Positions 18,084 through 28,088 of a DNA stretch of 64,000 nt are shown piece by piece; position 1 is the stretch's first letter, and the number at the start of each line of letters is the position of its first letter. Origin of the DNA: Candidatus Parcubacteria bacterium (GTDB taxonomy: Bacteria; Patescibacteriota; Minisyncoccia; Phycocordibacterales; EsbW-18); contig JBDKFZ010000012.1 in NCBI GenBank assembly GCA_039798445.1, positions 2,407 through 66,406 of the forward strand. Reading direction: 5' to 3'. The translations under genes and the position numbers were made by a program. A model generated the notes under the pieces. That model was not told where the DNA came from and did not search any database. It saw only the letters and a list, made by a program, of their open reading frames with translations.

Positions 18084-20231
18084 TTACTTTTTCCCTCGGG
18101 CCTCGACGACGGTCTTGGCGACGTTCTCAGGAACCACGGCGTAGTGGTCGAATTCCATGAGCATCGTACCGCGACCTTCGGTCATCGAACGGAGATCAGT
18201 GGTGTAACCAAACATCTCGGAGAGCGGAACCTGGGCCTTAACGACCTTGAGCTGTCCACGGTCTTCCATGCCTTCGATCTGACCACGCTTTCCTGAAAGG
18301 CTTCCGGTGATATCACCCATGAATTTTTCAGGAACGATGACTTCGACTTTCATAACAGGTTCGAGGAGAACAGGACGTGCTTTCTGTGCACCCTCTTGGA
18401 AGGCCATCGATGCAGCAATCTTGAACGCGATTTCAGATGAGTCGACATCGTGGTACGAACCATCGTAGAGCTCGACTGAGATGTTGACCATCTTGAAGCC
18501 GGCAGTAACACCGCGGTCGAGTGACTCGCGGATACCCTTTTCGACTGCAGGGATGAATTCCTGTGGAATGACACCACCCTTGATGTTGTTGATGAACTCG
18601 AATCCACCATCGCGCTTCGTGTTCTTTGGAAGATCTTCTTCGTTGACGGTGAGGTCCATCGGCTTGAGACGGAGTTTGACGTGACCGTACTGTCCCTTAC
18701 CACCAGTCTGCTTGATGTATTTGTTTTCGACTTCGGCAGTTCCCATGATGGTCTCACGGTATGCGACCTGTGGCTTACCGACGTTTGCTTCGACAGCAAA
18801 TTCGCGGCGCATGCGCTCAACGAGAACTTCGAGGTGAAGCTCACCCATGCCGGAGATGATGGTCTCGAGTGTTTCGGGATCACCCATGACGCGGAATGTT
18901 GGGTCTTCATCAGCAAGACGGCGGAGTGCCATACCGAGTTTCTCTTGGTCGGCCTTGGTCTTAGGTTCGATGCGGAGCGAGATGACCGGTTCAGGAACCT
19001 TGATTGGGTCGAGGATGATTGCGTGATCTTCGTCACAGAGTGTGTCAGATGTCTTTGTGTCTTTGAGACCGACGGCTGCCGCGATTTCTCCGGCGAAGAC
19101 CTTCTTCACTTCTTCACGGTCGTTGGCGTGCAAACGAACGATACGGCTCAAGCGCTCTTTGCTCTGTGTGCGGCTGTTGTAGATGTATGAACCTGCCTCA
19201 ACAGTACCTGAGTACACACGGAAGAAGGTGAGCTGTCCGACGAATGGGTCTGTTTGGACCTTGAACGCGAGCGATGCGAATGGCTCGTCGTCAGATGGGT
19301 TGCGGAAGACGTCCTCACCAGTGTTTGGGTCGATACCCTTTGTAGGTGGGATGTCGAGCGGTGATGGGAGGTAGTCGACGACGGCGTCGAGGACCAACTG
19401 AACACCCTTGTTCTTGAGAGCTGAACCAGTGAAGACCGGAACGATCTTGTTGGCGATAACCGCAACGCGGAGCGTTGCTTTGAGCTGTTCAAGAGAAGGT
19501 TCCTTACCATCGAGGTAGTCGCTCATGAGTGCTTCGTCTTCGCCGACAATTTTTTCGATGAGCTCGGCGCGGTACTTCTTTGCATCTGCCACGTACTTCT
19601 CAGGAATCTCTTCCTGGCGGAGCGTGTTACCCATGTTTCCTTCGAAGTAAACCGCCTTCATTGTGAGGAGATCGATGACACCCTCGTGGTTGTCTTCTTC
19701 GCCCATCGGGATCTGCATGCGGACCGCGAACTTTGTGAGACGGTCGAGAATCGATGCGTACGAGCGTTCGAATGATGCACCCGTTCGGTCGAGCTTGTTG
19801 ATGAAACAGATACGAGGAACCTTACCTTCATCGGCGTAGCGCCAGTTGGTTTCTGACTGAGGTTCAACACCGGCAACACCGTCGAAGACGACGACGGCAC
19901 CGTCGAGAACGCGGAGCGATCGCTTCACTTCGATGGTGAAGTCGATGTGTCCAGGGGTGTCGATGATATTGAAACGGTGCATGTGCGACTTGTCGGCACC
20001 TGCATACGTAGGATTCCAAAATGCGGTAACGGCAGCAGCAGTGATTGTGATACCACGCTCACGCTCCTGTTCCATCCAGTCCATGACCGTGTCACCTTCG
20101 TGCACTTCACCGATTTTGTGCGAAACACCGGTGTAGAAGAGGATGCGCTCTGATGTCGTCGTCTTTCCGGCGTCGATGTGCGCGACGATACCGAAGTTTC
20201 TCACCTTCTCCAATGGGTAATCACGGTTCAT
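18084..20231 (-). CDS. fusA: Elongation factor G
   Basis: [42 protein letters not shown]. Confidence 0.99.
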   Translation of the reverse strand: MNRDYPLEKVRNFGIVAHIDAGKTTTSERILFYTGVSHKIGEVHEGDTVMDWMEQERERGITITAAAVTAFWNPTYAGADKSHMHRFNIIDTPGHIDFTIEVKRSLRVLDGAVVVFDGVAGVEPQSETNWRYADEGKVPRICFINKLDRTGASFERSYASILDRLTKFAVRMQIPMGEEDNHEGVIDLLTMKAVYFEGNMGNTLRQEEIPEKYVADAKKYRAELIEKIVGEDEALMSDYLDGKEPSLEQLKATLRVAVIANKIVPVFTGSALKNKGVQLVLDAVVDYLPSPLDIPPTKGIDPNTGEDVFRNPSDDEPFASLAFKVQTDPFVGQLTFFRVYSGTVEAGSYIYNSRTQSKERLSRIVRLHANDREEVKKVFAGEIAAAVGLKDTKTSDTLCDEDHAIILDPIKVPEPVISLRIEPKTKADQEKLGMALRRLADEDPTFRVMGDPETLETIISGMGELHLEVLVERMRREFAVEANVGKPQVAYRETIMGTAEVENKYIKQTGGKGQYGHVKLRLKPMDLTVNEEDLPKNTKRDGGFEFINNIKGGVIPQEFIPAVEKGIRESLDRGVTAGFKMVNISVELYDGSYHDVDSSEIAFKIAASMAFQEGAQKARPVLLEPVMKVEVIVPEKFMGDITGSLSGKRGQIEGMEDRGQLKVVKAQVPLSEMFGYTTDLRSMTEGRGTMLMEFDHYAVVPENVAKTVVEARGKK

Positions 20232-20303
20232 ATATGACTGGTAGCTAGAAGCTGTTGGCTAATATAGATAAATAGAGAAAAAATGCCCTGTTTGGGCAAG
20301 GGC

Positions 20304-20331
20304 ACTATAGCACGTAAGGGTTCTTTGACAA
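20304..20331 (-). promoter_or_regulatory. Putative internal promoter for fusA
   Basis: TTGTCA-16 bp-TATAGT with a TGn extension, in the rpsG-fusA gap. Confidence 0.55.
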
Positions 20332-20387
20332 TACGACAAACAGAAAAGCCCCTCGCGGGACTTTGATGTATCTCTCTGGAGGAAAGA

Positions 20388-20879
20388 TTATTTCTTCTGC
20401 GTTCGGCTGAAAGCGAAGTGAGCGAATGCCTTGTTGGCTTCTGCCATGCGGTGCACGGTTTCGCGCTTCTTCATTGCCTCCCCTTCTCCCTTGCTTGCAA
20501 GGATGAGCTCGTTGGCGAGACGTGTACCAAATGGAGCGCCTTTCTTTCCGCGAACGCCGCCGAGGATCCAGCGGAGTGAGAGTGCGAGCTGACGTTCAGG
20601 ACGAACTGGGAAAGGAACCTGGTAGTTAGCACCACCGACGCGGCGTGAGCGGACTTCCATAGTAGGAGCGACGTTCTGGATCGCAGTCTCAAGGAGCGCT
20701 GCTGGATCTTCGTTGCCTGCTGCCTTCATTGCTTCGAGCGCATCGTAGACGGCGCGCTGTGCAGTCGACTTCTTTCCGCCGATCATGACGTAGTTAACGA
20801 GCTTCGTAACAGTTACGGAGTCGTACTTGCGATCTTTGATCGCTGGGTGCTTCTGCTTTTCTTTGAGAGGACGTCGCAT
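20388..20879 (-). CDS. rpsG: 30S ribosomal protein S7
   Basis: EVRSRRVGGANYQVP, HRMAEANKAFAHF. Confidence 0.99.
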   Translation of the reverse strand: MRRPLKEKQKHPAIKDRKYDSVTVTKLVNYVMIGGKKSTAQRAVYDALEAMKAAGNEDPAALLETAIQNVAPTMEVRSRRVGGANYQVPFPVRPERQLALSLRWILGGVRGKKGAPFGTRLANELILASKGEGEAMKKRETVHRMAEANKAFAHFAFSRTQKK

Positions 20880-20888
20880 GAAAAATTA

Positions 20889-21305
20889 TTATGAAGTTGC
20901 CTTTGGCTTCTTGGTACCGTAGTGGCTGCGACCCTTGCGGCGCTTTTCGACACCTTCTGCGTCGAGACGACCACGAACGATTGTGTAACGAGCACCGATG
21001 TCTTTGACACGACCACCGCGGAGCATGACCACCGAGTGTTCCTGGAGCTTGTGTCCCATTCCTGGGATGTACGCGGTGACTTCGAGACCGTTGGTGAGGC
21101 GAACGCGGGCGATCTTGCGGATAGCCGAGTTAGGCTTCTTAGGAGTTGTTGTTTTGACCTGCGTACAAACACCACGCTTGAAAGGAGATGGGTAGGTCGA
21201 AGGACGGTTCGTGATGGTGTTAAAACCACGACGAAGGGCCGTCGTCTTTGATTTTGCGGCGACTTTCTTGCGGTTGCGGCGTACGAGCTGGTTAACGGTT
21301 GTCAT
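20889..21305 (-). CDS. rpsL: 30S ribosomal protein S12
   Basis: [23 protein letters not shown]. Confidence 0.99.
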   Translation of the reverse strand: MTTVNQLVRRNRKKVAAKSKTTALRRGFNTITNRPSTYPSPFKRGVCTQVKTTTPKKPNSAIRKIARVRLTNGLEVTAYIPGMGHKLQEHSVVMLRGGRVKDIGARYTIVRGRLDAEGVEKRRKGRSHYGTKKPKATS

Positions 21306-21376
21306 TGGGTCAAAAAATCCGCGATTGCGGATAGAGGGAGAATACTATGAAAGTCGTTGGGATGCAAGACGGATTG

Positions 21377-21635
21377 GAGCTCCTCCATAAAGAACGGCCA
21401 CATGCGGAGTGCGCAGAGGTGGCCTGTGTGTCCTTTCGGACTGAACCCCGTTGTAGGGCTCTGGGTAAGTATCCTTTGTGATCCGGTACATCTTTGGTCT
21501 ACCGAACATTCGGCTTGGCGTCGCCGGACACGCCTCCGGATCATCTCGGCGCGGACGCAGTCCTCAGCTCTAAACGAGGAGACGCTTCATGTATACCTCA
21601 CCTCCTTCCAGGAGAGAACTTACACCTTGAGCTCC
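21377..21635 (-). ncRNA. Candidate structured RNA or leader containing a 6-aa ORF (21570-21590, MKRLLV)
   Basis: SD AAGGAGGTGA at 21598-21607, several nested hairpins, ends bounded by a gagctcc direct repeat. Confidence 0.45.
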
Positions 21636-21639
21636 CACT

Positions 21640-22239
21640 CTACAAGTTGATGCCCGTCACGAGACTAAAGAGTCCCCTCACAATCGGACCCAAGACCGGC
21701 GAAAGAAAGATGACAAATATGACGACGAGAAAGAAACCGTACTTCTCGAGAAAGAAGCGTGCCTGCTGAGCTCTATATGGAAGAAGTGCAAAGAGAATCT
21801 TGGAGCCGTCGAGTGGTGGGATTGGCACGAGGTTAAAGACCGCGAGGCTGATGTTAACCAAGACGATAATCGCAAACACATCAAACATCGCCTGTGGCAC
21901 GGCCACAAATCGCATCGCAAGACCAAAGATGAGCATAAGCGCAAAGTTGGATGCGGGACCTGCGAGTGCGACGAGTGCTTCTCCCCAGACACCGTGGCGG
22001 AGATTGTAGGGGTTGTAGGGAACCGGCTTTGCCCATCCAAAGATGAATCCTCCCGAGATACTCGTGATGATTGGCAACAGAACCGAACCGATCGGATCGA
22101 TGTGTGGAATCGGGTTCAAGGTGAGCCGTCCGGCATAGCGGGCAGTCGGGTCACCGAGCCACTCTGCGACATAGCCGTGAGCAACCTCGTGGATGATGAT
22201 GGAGAGTATCAATATGACGATGCCAATGAGGGTTTCCAT
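21640..22239 (-). CDS. Site-2 protease (peptidase M50)
   Basis: HEVAH, AGPASN, FNLVPIPPLDG. Confidence 0.95.
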   Translation of the reverse strand: METLIGIVILILSIIIHEVAHGYVAEWLGDPTARYAGRLTLNPIPHIDPIGSVLLPIITSISGGFIFGWAKPVPYNPYNLRHGVWGEALVALAGPASNFALMLIFGLAMRFVAVPQAMFDVFAIIVLVNISLAVFNLVPIPPLDGSKILFALLPYRAQQARFFLEKYGFFLVVIFVIFLSPVLGPIVRGLFSLVTGINL

Positions 22240-22292
22240 GGGTATCTTGCGATATCGTATTCGTATGATATCATCATGGTCTCAATAAATGT

Positions 22293-22550
22293 ATGCCAAA
22301 AGTCTGTGTCGTAACAGGAAAGACGGGAATCATGGGCGGTCGCTACAGCAACCGTGTTCGTGCTACCCAGTTTAACCCCGGCGTAAAGCGCGGTAAGGTT
22401 CGTCGTAAGGCAAACCTCCAGAAGCGCCGTCTTTTCGTCCCTGAAACCGGCAAGACCGTCACGGTCACCATCTCGAACCGCGGCATGAAGACAGTCCGCA
22501 AGAACGGCGTTTACGCCACCCTCAAGAAAGCAGGCGTCATCAAGAAATAA
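22293..22550 (+). CDS. rpmB: 50S ribosomal protein L28
   Basis: MPKVCVVTGK...RRKANLQKRRLFVPE...SNRGMKTVRKNG. Confidence 0.9.
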   Translation: MPKVCVVTGKTGIMGGRYSNRVRATQFNPGVKRGKVRRKANLQKRRLFVPETGKTVTVTISNRGMKTVRKNGVYATLKKAGVIKK

Positions 22551-22588
22551 ACTCTCCTCCTCAAGCCCCGCTCACCGCGGGGTTTGTT

Positions 22589-23437
22589 CTATCTCATAAA
22601 CCGAAGCGTCTTCCCATCACTCTCAAAAACGATAGTCCCCTCTTCAAAGGTAGCGAGTATCGTCGTGCTTGCGGCGACCAGCCGAGCGACAACCTCCTCA
22701 TGCGGATGCCCGTACGAATTATCCTTCCCTGCTGAAATGATTGTGTAGTCGGGATCAACAGCATCAAGGAACTCTTGCGAGGTGGATGTCTTCGAGCCAT
22801 GGTGCCCTGCTTTGAGGATGTCACTCGTAAGATGAGACTCCATCGAGACGAGATGGGTTTCGGTCTCATCGGGCGCGTCGCCGGTAAGCATCACTTCGGT
22901 CTCGCCATAAACAAGTTGAGCGACAATCGATGCGCTGTTGGTCTCCGCTCCATCCATATCTTTGTCGGGATAGAGAATGCGGAGGTACGCTCCCCCACCC
23001 AAATCGATGACCTGACCTCGACGCGCTTCGTGATAGACAACGTCTCTTTCTTGAGCACGCATATCAGCATAGAAATCGTACCCTTCGGTATCGGCTTCAA
23101 GCCCAGGGTCGAGCACCACATCAATATCGTATTGCTCAAACACGTACGGCAATCCGCCAATGTGGTCTTTGTCTGGATGTGTCGCAATCACCACATCAAT
23201 CGAACGATCAAAGAACGGCATGACCGATGCAAGCTGAGCCAAAACATCTCGATCGATACCACCGTCGATGAGCACCTGACGCCCTGTTGGGCTTTGTATA
23301 AAAATAGAATCCCCTTGTCCGATATCAAGAAACGCGACCGTGAGTTTTTTCTCCGGCATGTCATACGCCATCCAAGCGAGTGCAACAGCGCTCGCGACAA
23401 TGAGATAGAGAACGACGAGCCGGAGCCAGTGCTTCAT
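22589..23437 (-). CDS. ComEC-type metallo-beta-lactamase domain protein (stand-alone)
   Basis: FLDIGQGDS, THPDKDHIGG, LTGDA, GHHGSKTS, YGHPH. Confidence 0.92.
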   Translation of the reverse strand: MKHWLRLVVLYLIVASAVALAWMAYDMPEKKLTVAFLDIGQGDSIFIQSPTGRQVLIDGGIDRDVLAQLASVMPFFDRSIDVVIATHPDKDHIGGLPYVFEQYDIDVVLDPGLEADTEGYDFYADMRAQERDVVYHEARRGQVIDLGGGAYLRILYPDKDMDGAETNSASIVAQLVYGETEVMLTGDAPDETETHLVSMESHLTSDILKAGHHGSKTSTSQEFLDAVDPDYTIISAGKDNSYGHPHEEVVARLVAASTTILATFEEGTIVFESDGKTLRFMR

Positions 23438-23577
23438 ACGCACAGTGTAACGTGGTGGAGATGAGATTGGGGTAAAAGAAAACGGCGCAGACGAGCTTTC
23501 TCAATCCCGAGGGATCGATAGGCTGTCTGCGCCGCAAGGCGTCAATCAGTAGAGAGGGCGGGTCAGTTGTCGGCGGA

Positions 23578-24486
23578 CTACTCCTTGTTCTCGGCAGTCG
23601 TCACCGTGATCTTCGTGGCGCCGGCGCGGGCCACTGAGACCTGCTGACCGAGCGATGCGAGCCCACGCGACTCGTAGACCTTCATGGCGGTCATCATGTC
23701 GATGGCCAATCGGGTCTGATCCTCGGGGGTCGGCACGAAGGACAGGAAGTTCAGGCGGACACCCTTATCCTCGAGACGCTTGTTGACCTCCTCGAGGAGT
23801 CGATCTTCGAACTCGGCTTGCGAGAAGTCGATGATGTCCTCCTTGATGAGCAGGCCGGTAACGACGTCGCGCAAACGCTTGTCGATGACGGTGTTCTCCG
23901 CCGACTCGTAAGCGCTCGACGAGTTGCTCTGATCCTGAGCGTCGCTGTTCTCCTTGCCGAGGTACTTGGCCTCGCCGATGAACTTCATCGCGTCGAAGAT
24001 GATGTACTCGTAGGGAATCTCGACGCCAGCGATGACGCGGTCCTTGAAACTCGTTTTGAACCGCGTCTCACCCTGCATGGGGTAGTCCGGCACCGTGACC
24101 TTGTAGGAACACGGGCCAATCATCGCGGGGAGGACCTTCCCAGGCTGCACGAGCTCCCAATCAACACCGCAGTCGCTGGTGACCAGCGTCTGCACGTTGG
24201 CGTGAGAACGTGCGCATCCGGAGGTACCGATCCCGCAGAGCGCGAGAACTAGGCCGACGCCGAGACCCGCACTTCGGGAAGGAACCTCTGCCCGAAGAAT
24301 GGCGCGGATGAGCTGGTAGCCACCCCACACCAACACGATGGGCCAGACGGCACCGAACAGGATGGTGAGGTAGATCGGCGCCGAGACGTAGTACTGCCCG
24401 ACGAAGAACGTCTGGAACCAGGACATCAGCAGACCGAGATCCCCCAACACCACCAGCGCGATGCTCAACCCTTTGAGAAATTTCAT
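23578..24486 (-). CDS. Membrane protein, probably SPFH/band-7-like
   Basis: 2-3 N-terminal hydrophobic segments with a lipobox-like TSGC. SPFH-like alpha/beta segment (RLRDVVT...AEFEDRLLEEVNKRLEDKGVRLNFL). SD present. Confidence 0.55.
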   Translation of the reverse strand: MKFLKGLSIALVVLGDLGLLMSWFQTFFVGQYYVSAPIYLTILFGAVWPIVLVWGGYQLIRAILRAEVPSRSAGLGVGLVLALCGIGTSGCARSHANVQTLVTSDCGVDWELVQPGKVLPAMIGPCSYKVTVPDYPMQGETRFKTSFKDRVIAGVEIPYEYIIFDAMKFIGEAKYLGKENSDAQDQSNSSSAYESAENTVIDKRLRDVVTGLLIKEDIIDFSQAEFEDRLLEEVNKRLEDKGVRLNFLSFVPTPEDQTRLAIDMMTAMKVYESRGLASLGQQVSVARAGATKITVTTAENKE

Positions 24487-24695
24487 GTCTTCTCTCCCTT
24501 TTTTGACGAAGAACTACTATCGAGCAACAGGCCTGTGAACACATGTCACAAGTCCTATTGTTCTGAAGGTATTATAGCAGTTATAAAACATAAGTCAAGG
24601 TTTACAGGAGTTTTAAAAGTTACATAAAACAAAACACCCCGCACATTTCTGTGCAAGGCATTTTGACTTGTCCTCCGAAGCTCGAGCGAAGAGGA

Positions 24696-25277
24696 TTAGT
24701 TGAGTGCGTAGAAGGCAAATCGGATACGGCTGGTGACAGGGTCAGCGACCGTGTGAGCAGGCTCAAGACCAACTGCCCATGACGGCGTGTTCATGACGGA
24801 GATTGGAGAATAGAAGTGCATCACGTCTGACGAAAGCGGGTTGAGGTCGGCGTCAGCGTAATAGACAGAACGTGCGATTGAAACGGCACTATCCCATGAA
24901 GGGCTCGAGTCCTGGTAGCTCATCGAGACGTTGATCGAGTACTGCTTGTCTGTCGCATGCATACCAGAAAACTGGCCACGGGCGAGGACAACGTCTTCGT
25001 ATGAATCACCGCCGTATGCGCCTGACTCGACGCGGTTACGGATGACCCACGCAACGAGTTCCTGCTCGCTGGCCTTCTTGGTCTCAGAATAGATCGTTCG
25101 GGCGAACCAGAGGATCTCATCATCAACCTTGGAGAAACCGAGGACACTAATCGATGCAGCTTCAGCATGGTTGCTCAAAAGCGTGATGTTCGATGTGAAC
25201 GCAAGGGCTCCGAGGAGGGCACAAACGGCCGTCTTTGCGAAAAGCCTATAAAGGTTCTTGATTTTTGTATTTTGCAT
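24696..25277 (-). CDS. SleB-like cell wall hydrolase (Hydrolase_2)
   Basis: Signal peptide; ARTIYSET, VAWVIRNRV, VVLARGQFS, HFYSP. Start set at MQNTK. Confidence 0.85.
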   Translation of the reverse strand: MQNTKIKNLYRLFAKTAVCALLGALAFTSNITLLSNHAEAASISVLGFSKVDDEILWFARTIYSETKKASEQELVAWVIRNRVESGAYGGDSYEDVVLARGQFSGMHATDKQYSINVSMSYQDSSPSWDSAVSIARSVYYADADLNPLSSDVMHFYSPISVMNTPSWAVGLEPAHTVADPVTSRIRFAFYALN

Positions 25278-25293
25278 AGTGCCTTCCTCAACG

Positions 25294-25318
25294 AAAAAAG
25301 CCGCCCCGGAGGACGGCT
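25294..25318 (-). terminator. Terminator-like hairpin in the 5' leader of the hydrolase gene
   Basis: agccgtcc-tccg-gggcggct-tttt lies between the promoter and the ATG. Confidence 0.6.
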
Positions 25319-25341
25319 CTTTCCGAAAAGAAAGATGCCTT

Positions 25342-25369
25342 ATTATAGCAGGGCTACTTTTTTTGTCAA
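25342..25369 (-). promoter_or_regulatory. Sigma70 promoter upstream of the hydrolase
   Basis: TTGACA-16 bp-TATAAT with TGn. Confidence 0.75.
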
Positions 25370-25486
25370 TAGCACCCCACAAGAAGCTATTTTGGTCAAG
25401 TCTTGCAACCACCAGACAGCCTAATGGAGCCGTTTTATGGCCATGTTATACTTATTTTGCTTATAAGCCCCCTAAGACTATCTTTT

Positions 25487-26092
25487 ATGACAGCTACCCC
25501 CTACTCAGCCCGCCAGTTCACCCTTCCGGAGGTTTCCGGTATCTCTCCCAAGACATTTGAGACCCATATCAAGCTCTACGAAGGCTATGTAAAACAGGCC
25601 AATGTCGTTTTGGGCAAGATCGAGGAGTATTCCAAGGATTCTGAGGCAAATGCCTATGCCTTGGGTGAGCTCCAGCGACGCTTTGCCTTCGAATTCGATG
25701 GTATGCGAAACCACGAATACTACTTTGGCGCTCTTGAGGGTGGTCCAAAAGCCCTCCCCACAGACAGTGCTCTCGCCCAAGCAATCACCGAAACTTGGGG
25801 CAGCGTTGATGCCTTCATGGCCCGATTCAAGGCTATCGCCCTTACCCGCGGCATCGGCTGGGCGATGCTCTACCATGATCCAACCGCCAAGCGTCTTTTG
25901 ACCCAGTGGGTCGACGAACAGCACTTGGGCCACCTCACCGGCCTTTCCCCTATCGTCACCTTGGACATGTGGGAACACTCATATCTTTTGGATTACGCTC
26001 CTGCCGACAAGGCTAAATACGCTGCAGCATATCTCGATGCTCTCAACTGGGAGACGGTAGCTCAGTGGTACGAGGAAGCTTCGGCACAATAA
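25487..26092 (+). CDS. Fe/Mn superoxide dismutase family protein
   Basis: NHEYYF, WGSVDAF, GIGWA, LDMWEHSYLLDY. Start set at MTATP. Confidence 0.9.
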   Translation: MTATPYSARQFTLPEVSGISPKTFETHIKLYEGYVKQANVVLGKIEEYSKDSEANAYALGELQRRFAFEFDGMRNHEYYFGALEGGPKALPTDSALAQAITETWGSVDAFMARFKAIALTRGIGWAMLYHDPTAKRLLTQWVDEQHLGHLTGLSPIVTLDMWEHSYLLDYAPADKAKYAAAYLDALNWETVAQWYEEASAQ

Positions 26093-26103
26093 GTGGTCAC
26101 ACT

Positions 26104-26212
26104 TTCGCTGCGTGGTCCGTGTTTTGTCCTCGCAAGCTCGGAAAAACCCGGATCCACTTCGCTCTGCGCCATACATTTGGAGTTTTCTAATTGCCAATTG
26201 CTTATTGCTTCT
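26104..26212 (+). repeat. Structured dispersed repeat, family B, copy 1
   Basis: Reverse complement of 39429-39537 with about 6 substitutions. Confidence 0.88.
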
Positions 26213-27641
26213 TACTGAATAGTACCCAGCATCCGATTACCACATACAGACCAACAAGCACCCACACGGACATCACTCCCACATCCACCAACATCGACGG
26301 AAAGCTGTCAGCGATTTTGACGATCCAAAAGACGTACGCACCCACTGCTTCGATGAGAATTGAAAATGGTAGAGCGACGAACGCGCCGAAGAATCCTGCA
26401 ACGCCTGCCGCCAATGAACCAATCATAAAAAGCGGCATCGTTGGGAGCACCACGAGATTTGCCGGGAGTGTGAGGAGATTCGTCATTCCCGATTGATATA
26501 AGAGGATAGGAGTCACGGCGGTCTGCGCGCCGAGCGTCGTTCCGAGCGTCTCGCGCAATCCGCCCGTCTCGGGAACCCACGTCAGATGTTTGGCATACAG
26601 CGGCGCGATAGAAACAAGCCCCCATGTGGCCAAGAAAGAGAGTTGGAACGATGGATCGTACAGAAGGATATATGGAACATGAAAAATCATGAGGCACCCC
26701 GCCAACATGAGCGAACGGGTCACGTTGTAGCGCCGCTTCACCACGCGCGCGAGCACAGTGAGCCCGGCCATAATGCCCGCACGGATAGCCGTTGATGAGG
26801 CTCCGGCGATCATGATGTAAACCACAATGCCGACAATGCTCCCCAACGAGCCGACAACTGTTGAAAAGGAGCTGAACATAGTGCGGACAAAGTCTCCCGC
26901 CATGGTGATGTTGTAGCCCGAGACCACGATGATGTGGATCAACCCCGCGATGCGGAATGCCTCCTCGTCATCTTGAGACAAAGCACCTTCAACACCAAGC
27001 ACAACACCCGAAGCTAACCCCGCCGAAGGTTCTGATACGCTTCGCTCGATGCTCTCAACGAACGAATGTTTTACTTTGATAAAGAACGCGCGGATTGGAT
27101 TTCCTTGGTCAGCTTCAATAAGCGTCGCGCTCCCCCGCTTGATCACATGGAATATCCCCTTTCGAGCCAAGAAGCTCGGATAATCGAACGTGCGTCCCAA
27201 ATCGGTTTCGAATGCTTCAGGTAATTCGAGCTTTCCTTCGACCATCACTTTGTCGCCATAGGAGAATATTGGATATGACGGAACAGAAACCGAGATGTCT
27301 TCCCTCCCCACATCAACCAGTATCTTCTGCCCTTTCGGACTCATCTGCGGGTCATCGCTGATGATGCCCTCGAGCGTTATTGACTCGCCGATGCGTTCTA
27401 TCACCATCGGATCGCCTGCAAAAAGCCGCGAATGGTACGAGCGGGCGATGCCAAGTCCAAAGCACATGAGAAATATCGCGATGCAGACGAGCGCTCTTTT
27501 CTCTGACCTGAACATCAAAATGGATGCGATGCCGACAAGCACGGCCTCGGCGCCATATTCCCAACCCACATCCCAAAGAAACTGAAGCGCTACACCCCCA
27601 AGGAATCCCCAGAATCCTGCATGAACAAAAGCAGAGCGCAT
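26202..27641 (-). CDS. comEC: ComEC/Rec2 membrane (competence) domain protein with OB/DUF4131-like region
   Basis: GLIHIIVVSGYNI, SAxRA-like STAIRAGIM, DPSFQLSFLAT, ANLVVLP. Start uncertain. Confidence 0.9.
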   Translation of the reverse strand: MRSAFVHAGFWGFLGGVALQFLWDVGWEYGAEAVLVGIASILMFRSEKRALVCIAIFLMCFGLGIARSYHSRLFAGDPMVIERIGESITLEGIISDDPQMSPKGQKILVDVGREDISVSVPSYPIFSYGDKVMVEGKLELPEAFETDLGRTFDYPSFLARKGIFHVIKRGSATLIEADQGNPIRAFFIKVKHSFVESIERSVSEPSAGLASGVVLGVEGALSQDDEEAFRIAGLIHIIVVSGYNITMAGDFVRTMFSSFSTVVGSLGSIVGIVVYIMIAGASSTAIRAGIMAGLTVLARVVKRRYNVTRSLMLAGCLMIFHVPYILLYDPSFQLSFLATWGLVSIAPLYAKHLTWVPETGGLRETLGTTLGAQTAVTPILLYQSGMTNLLTLPANLVVLPTMPLFMIGSLAAGVAGFFGAFVALPFSILIEAVGAYVFWIVKIADSFPSMLVDVGVMSVWVLVGLYVVIGCWVLFSKKQ

Positions 27642-27680
27642 GGCATGACCATACGCTCTGACCCATGAAAAGAATTTAAA

Positions 27681-27789
27681 GCGAAGCAACCTGTCCCTCC
27701 AAGGAGCCTACGGAGCGCGACTGGCGCGAGTCGAGCGGCGAGCTAGCAAGCGAGACCGCGTGCTCCTTGGAGGGAGCAGGGAGCGGAGC
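27681..27789. repeat. Structured dispersed repeat, family A, copy 2
   Basis: Near-identical to 1359-1467 and abuts the mscL stop codon. Confidence 0.9.
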
Positions 27790-27790
27790 T

Positions 27791-28084
27791 TTACCCTTCC
27801 TTCTTCATATCCAACCTATCAAGCTTGAGGCCTTTGAAACCAAAGTAGATGACGGCTGCGATGATGAGGAAGTCGATAATCGATGCCACGAAGCTTCCGA
27901 GCAATACCGGTCCAATCATCATGTCCGCAAGTCCGCCGATGTTACCAAACAGCATTCCGATGAGAGGATTGATGACGTCAGTGACGAACGATGTAACGAC
28001 TTTTGATACTGCACCACCGAGGATAAAACCAATTGCCAATCCGATGACTCCCTGCTCTCTCACGAATTGTATGAATCCTGTCAT
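27791..28084 (-). CDS. mscL: Large-conductance mechanosensitive channel (short form)
   Basis: FIQFVREQGVIGLAIGFILGGAVSKVVTSFVTDVINPLIG; GSFVASIIDFLIIAAVIYF. Confidence 0.92.
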   Translation of the reverse strand: MTGFIQFVREQGVIGLAIGFILGGAVSKVVTSFVTDVINPLIGMLFGNIGGLADMMIGPVLLGSFVASIIDFLIIAAVIYFGFKGLKLDRLDMKKEG

Positions 28085-28088
28085 AAAA

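Noticed and set aside
21430-21570. Hammerhead ribozyme (CTGAGGA...GAAA on the minus strand), or RNase P, SRP or tmRNA identity
   Set aside because: The bases flanking CTGAGGA and GAAA do not form stem II. The GAGGAAAGTCC, CAGG..GGAAG..AGCAG and tRNA-like end signatures are missing.
22775-23464. 229-aa plus-strand ORF (also 29704-30381, 40639-41355, 51866-52672)
   Set aside because: Antisense shadows of clearly identified genes.
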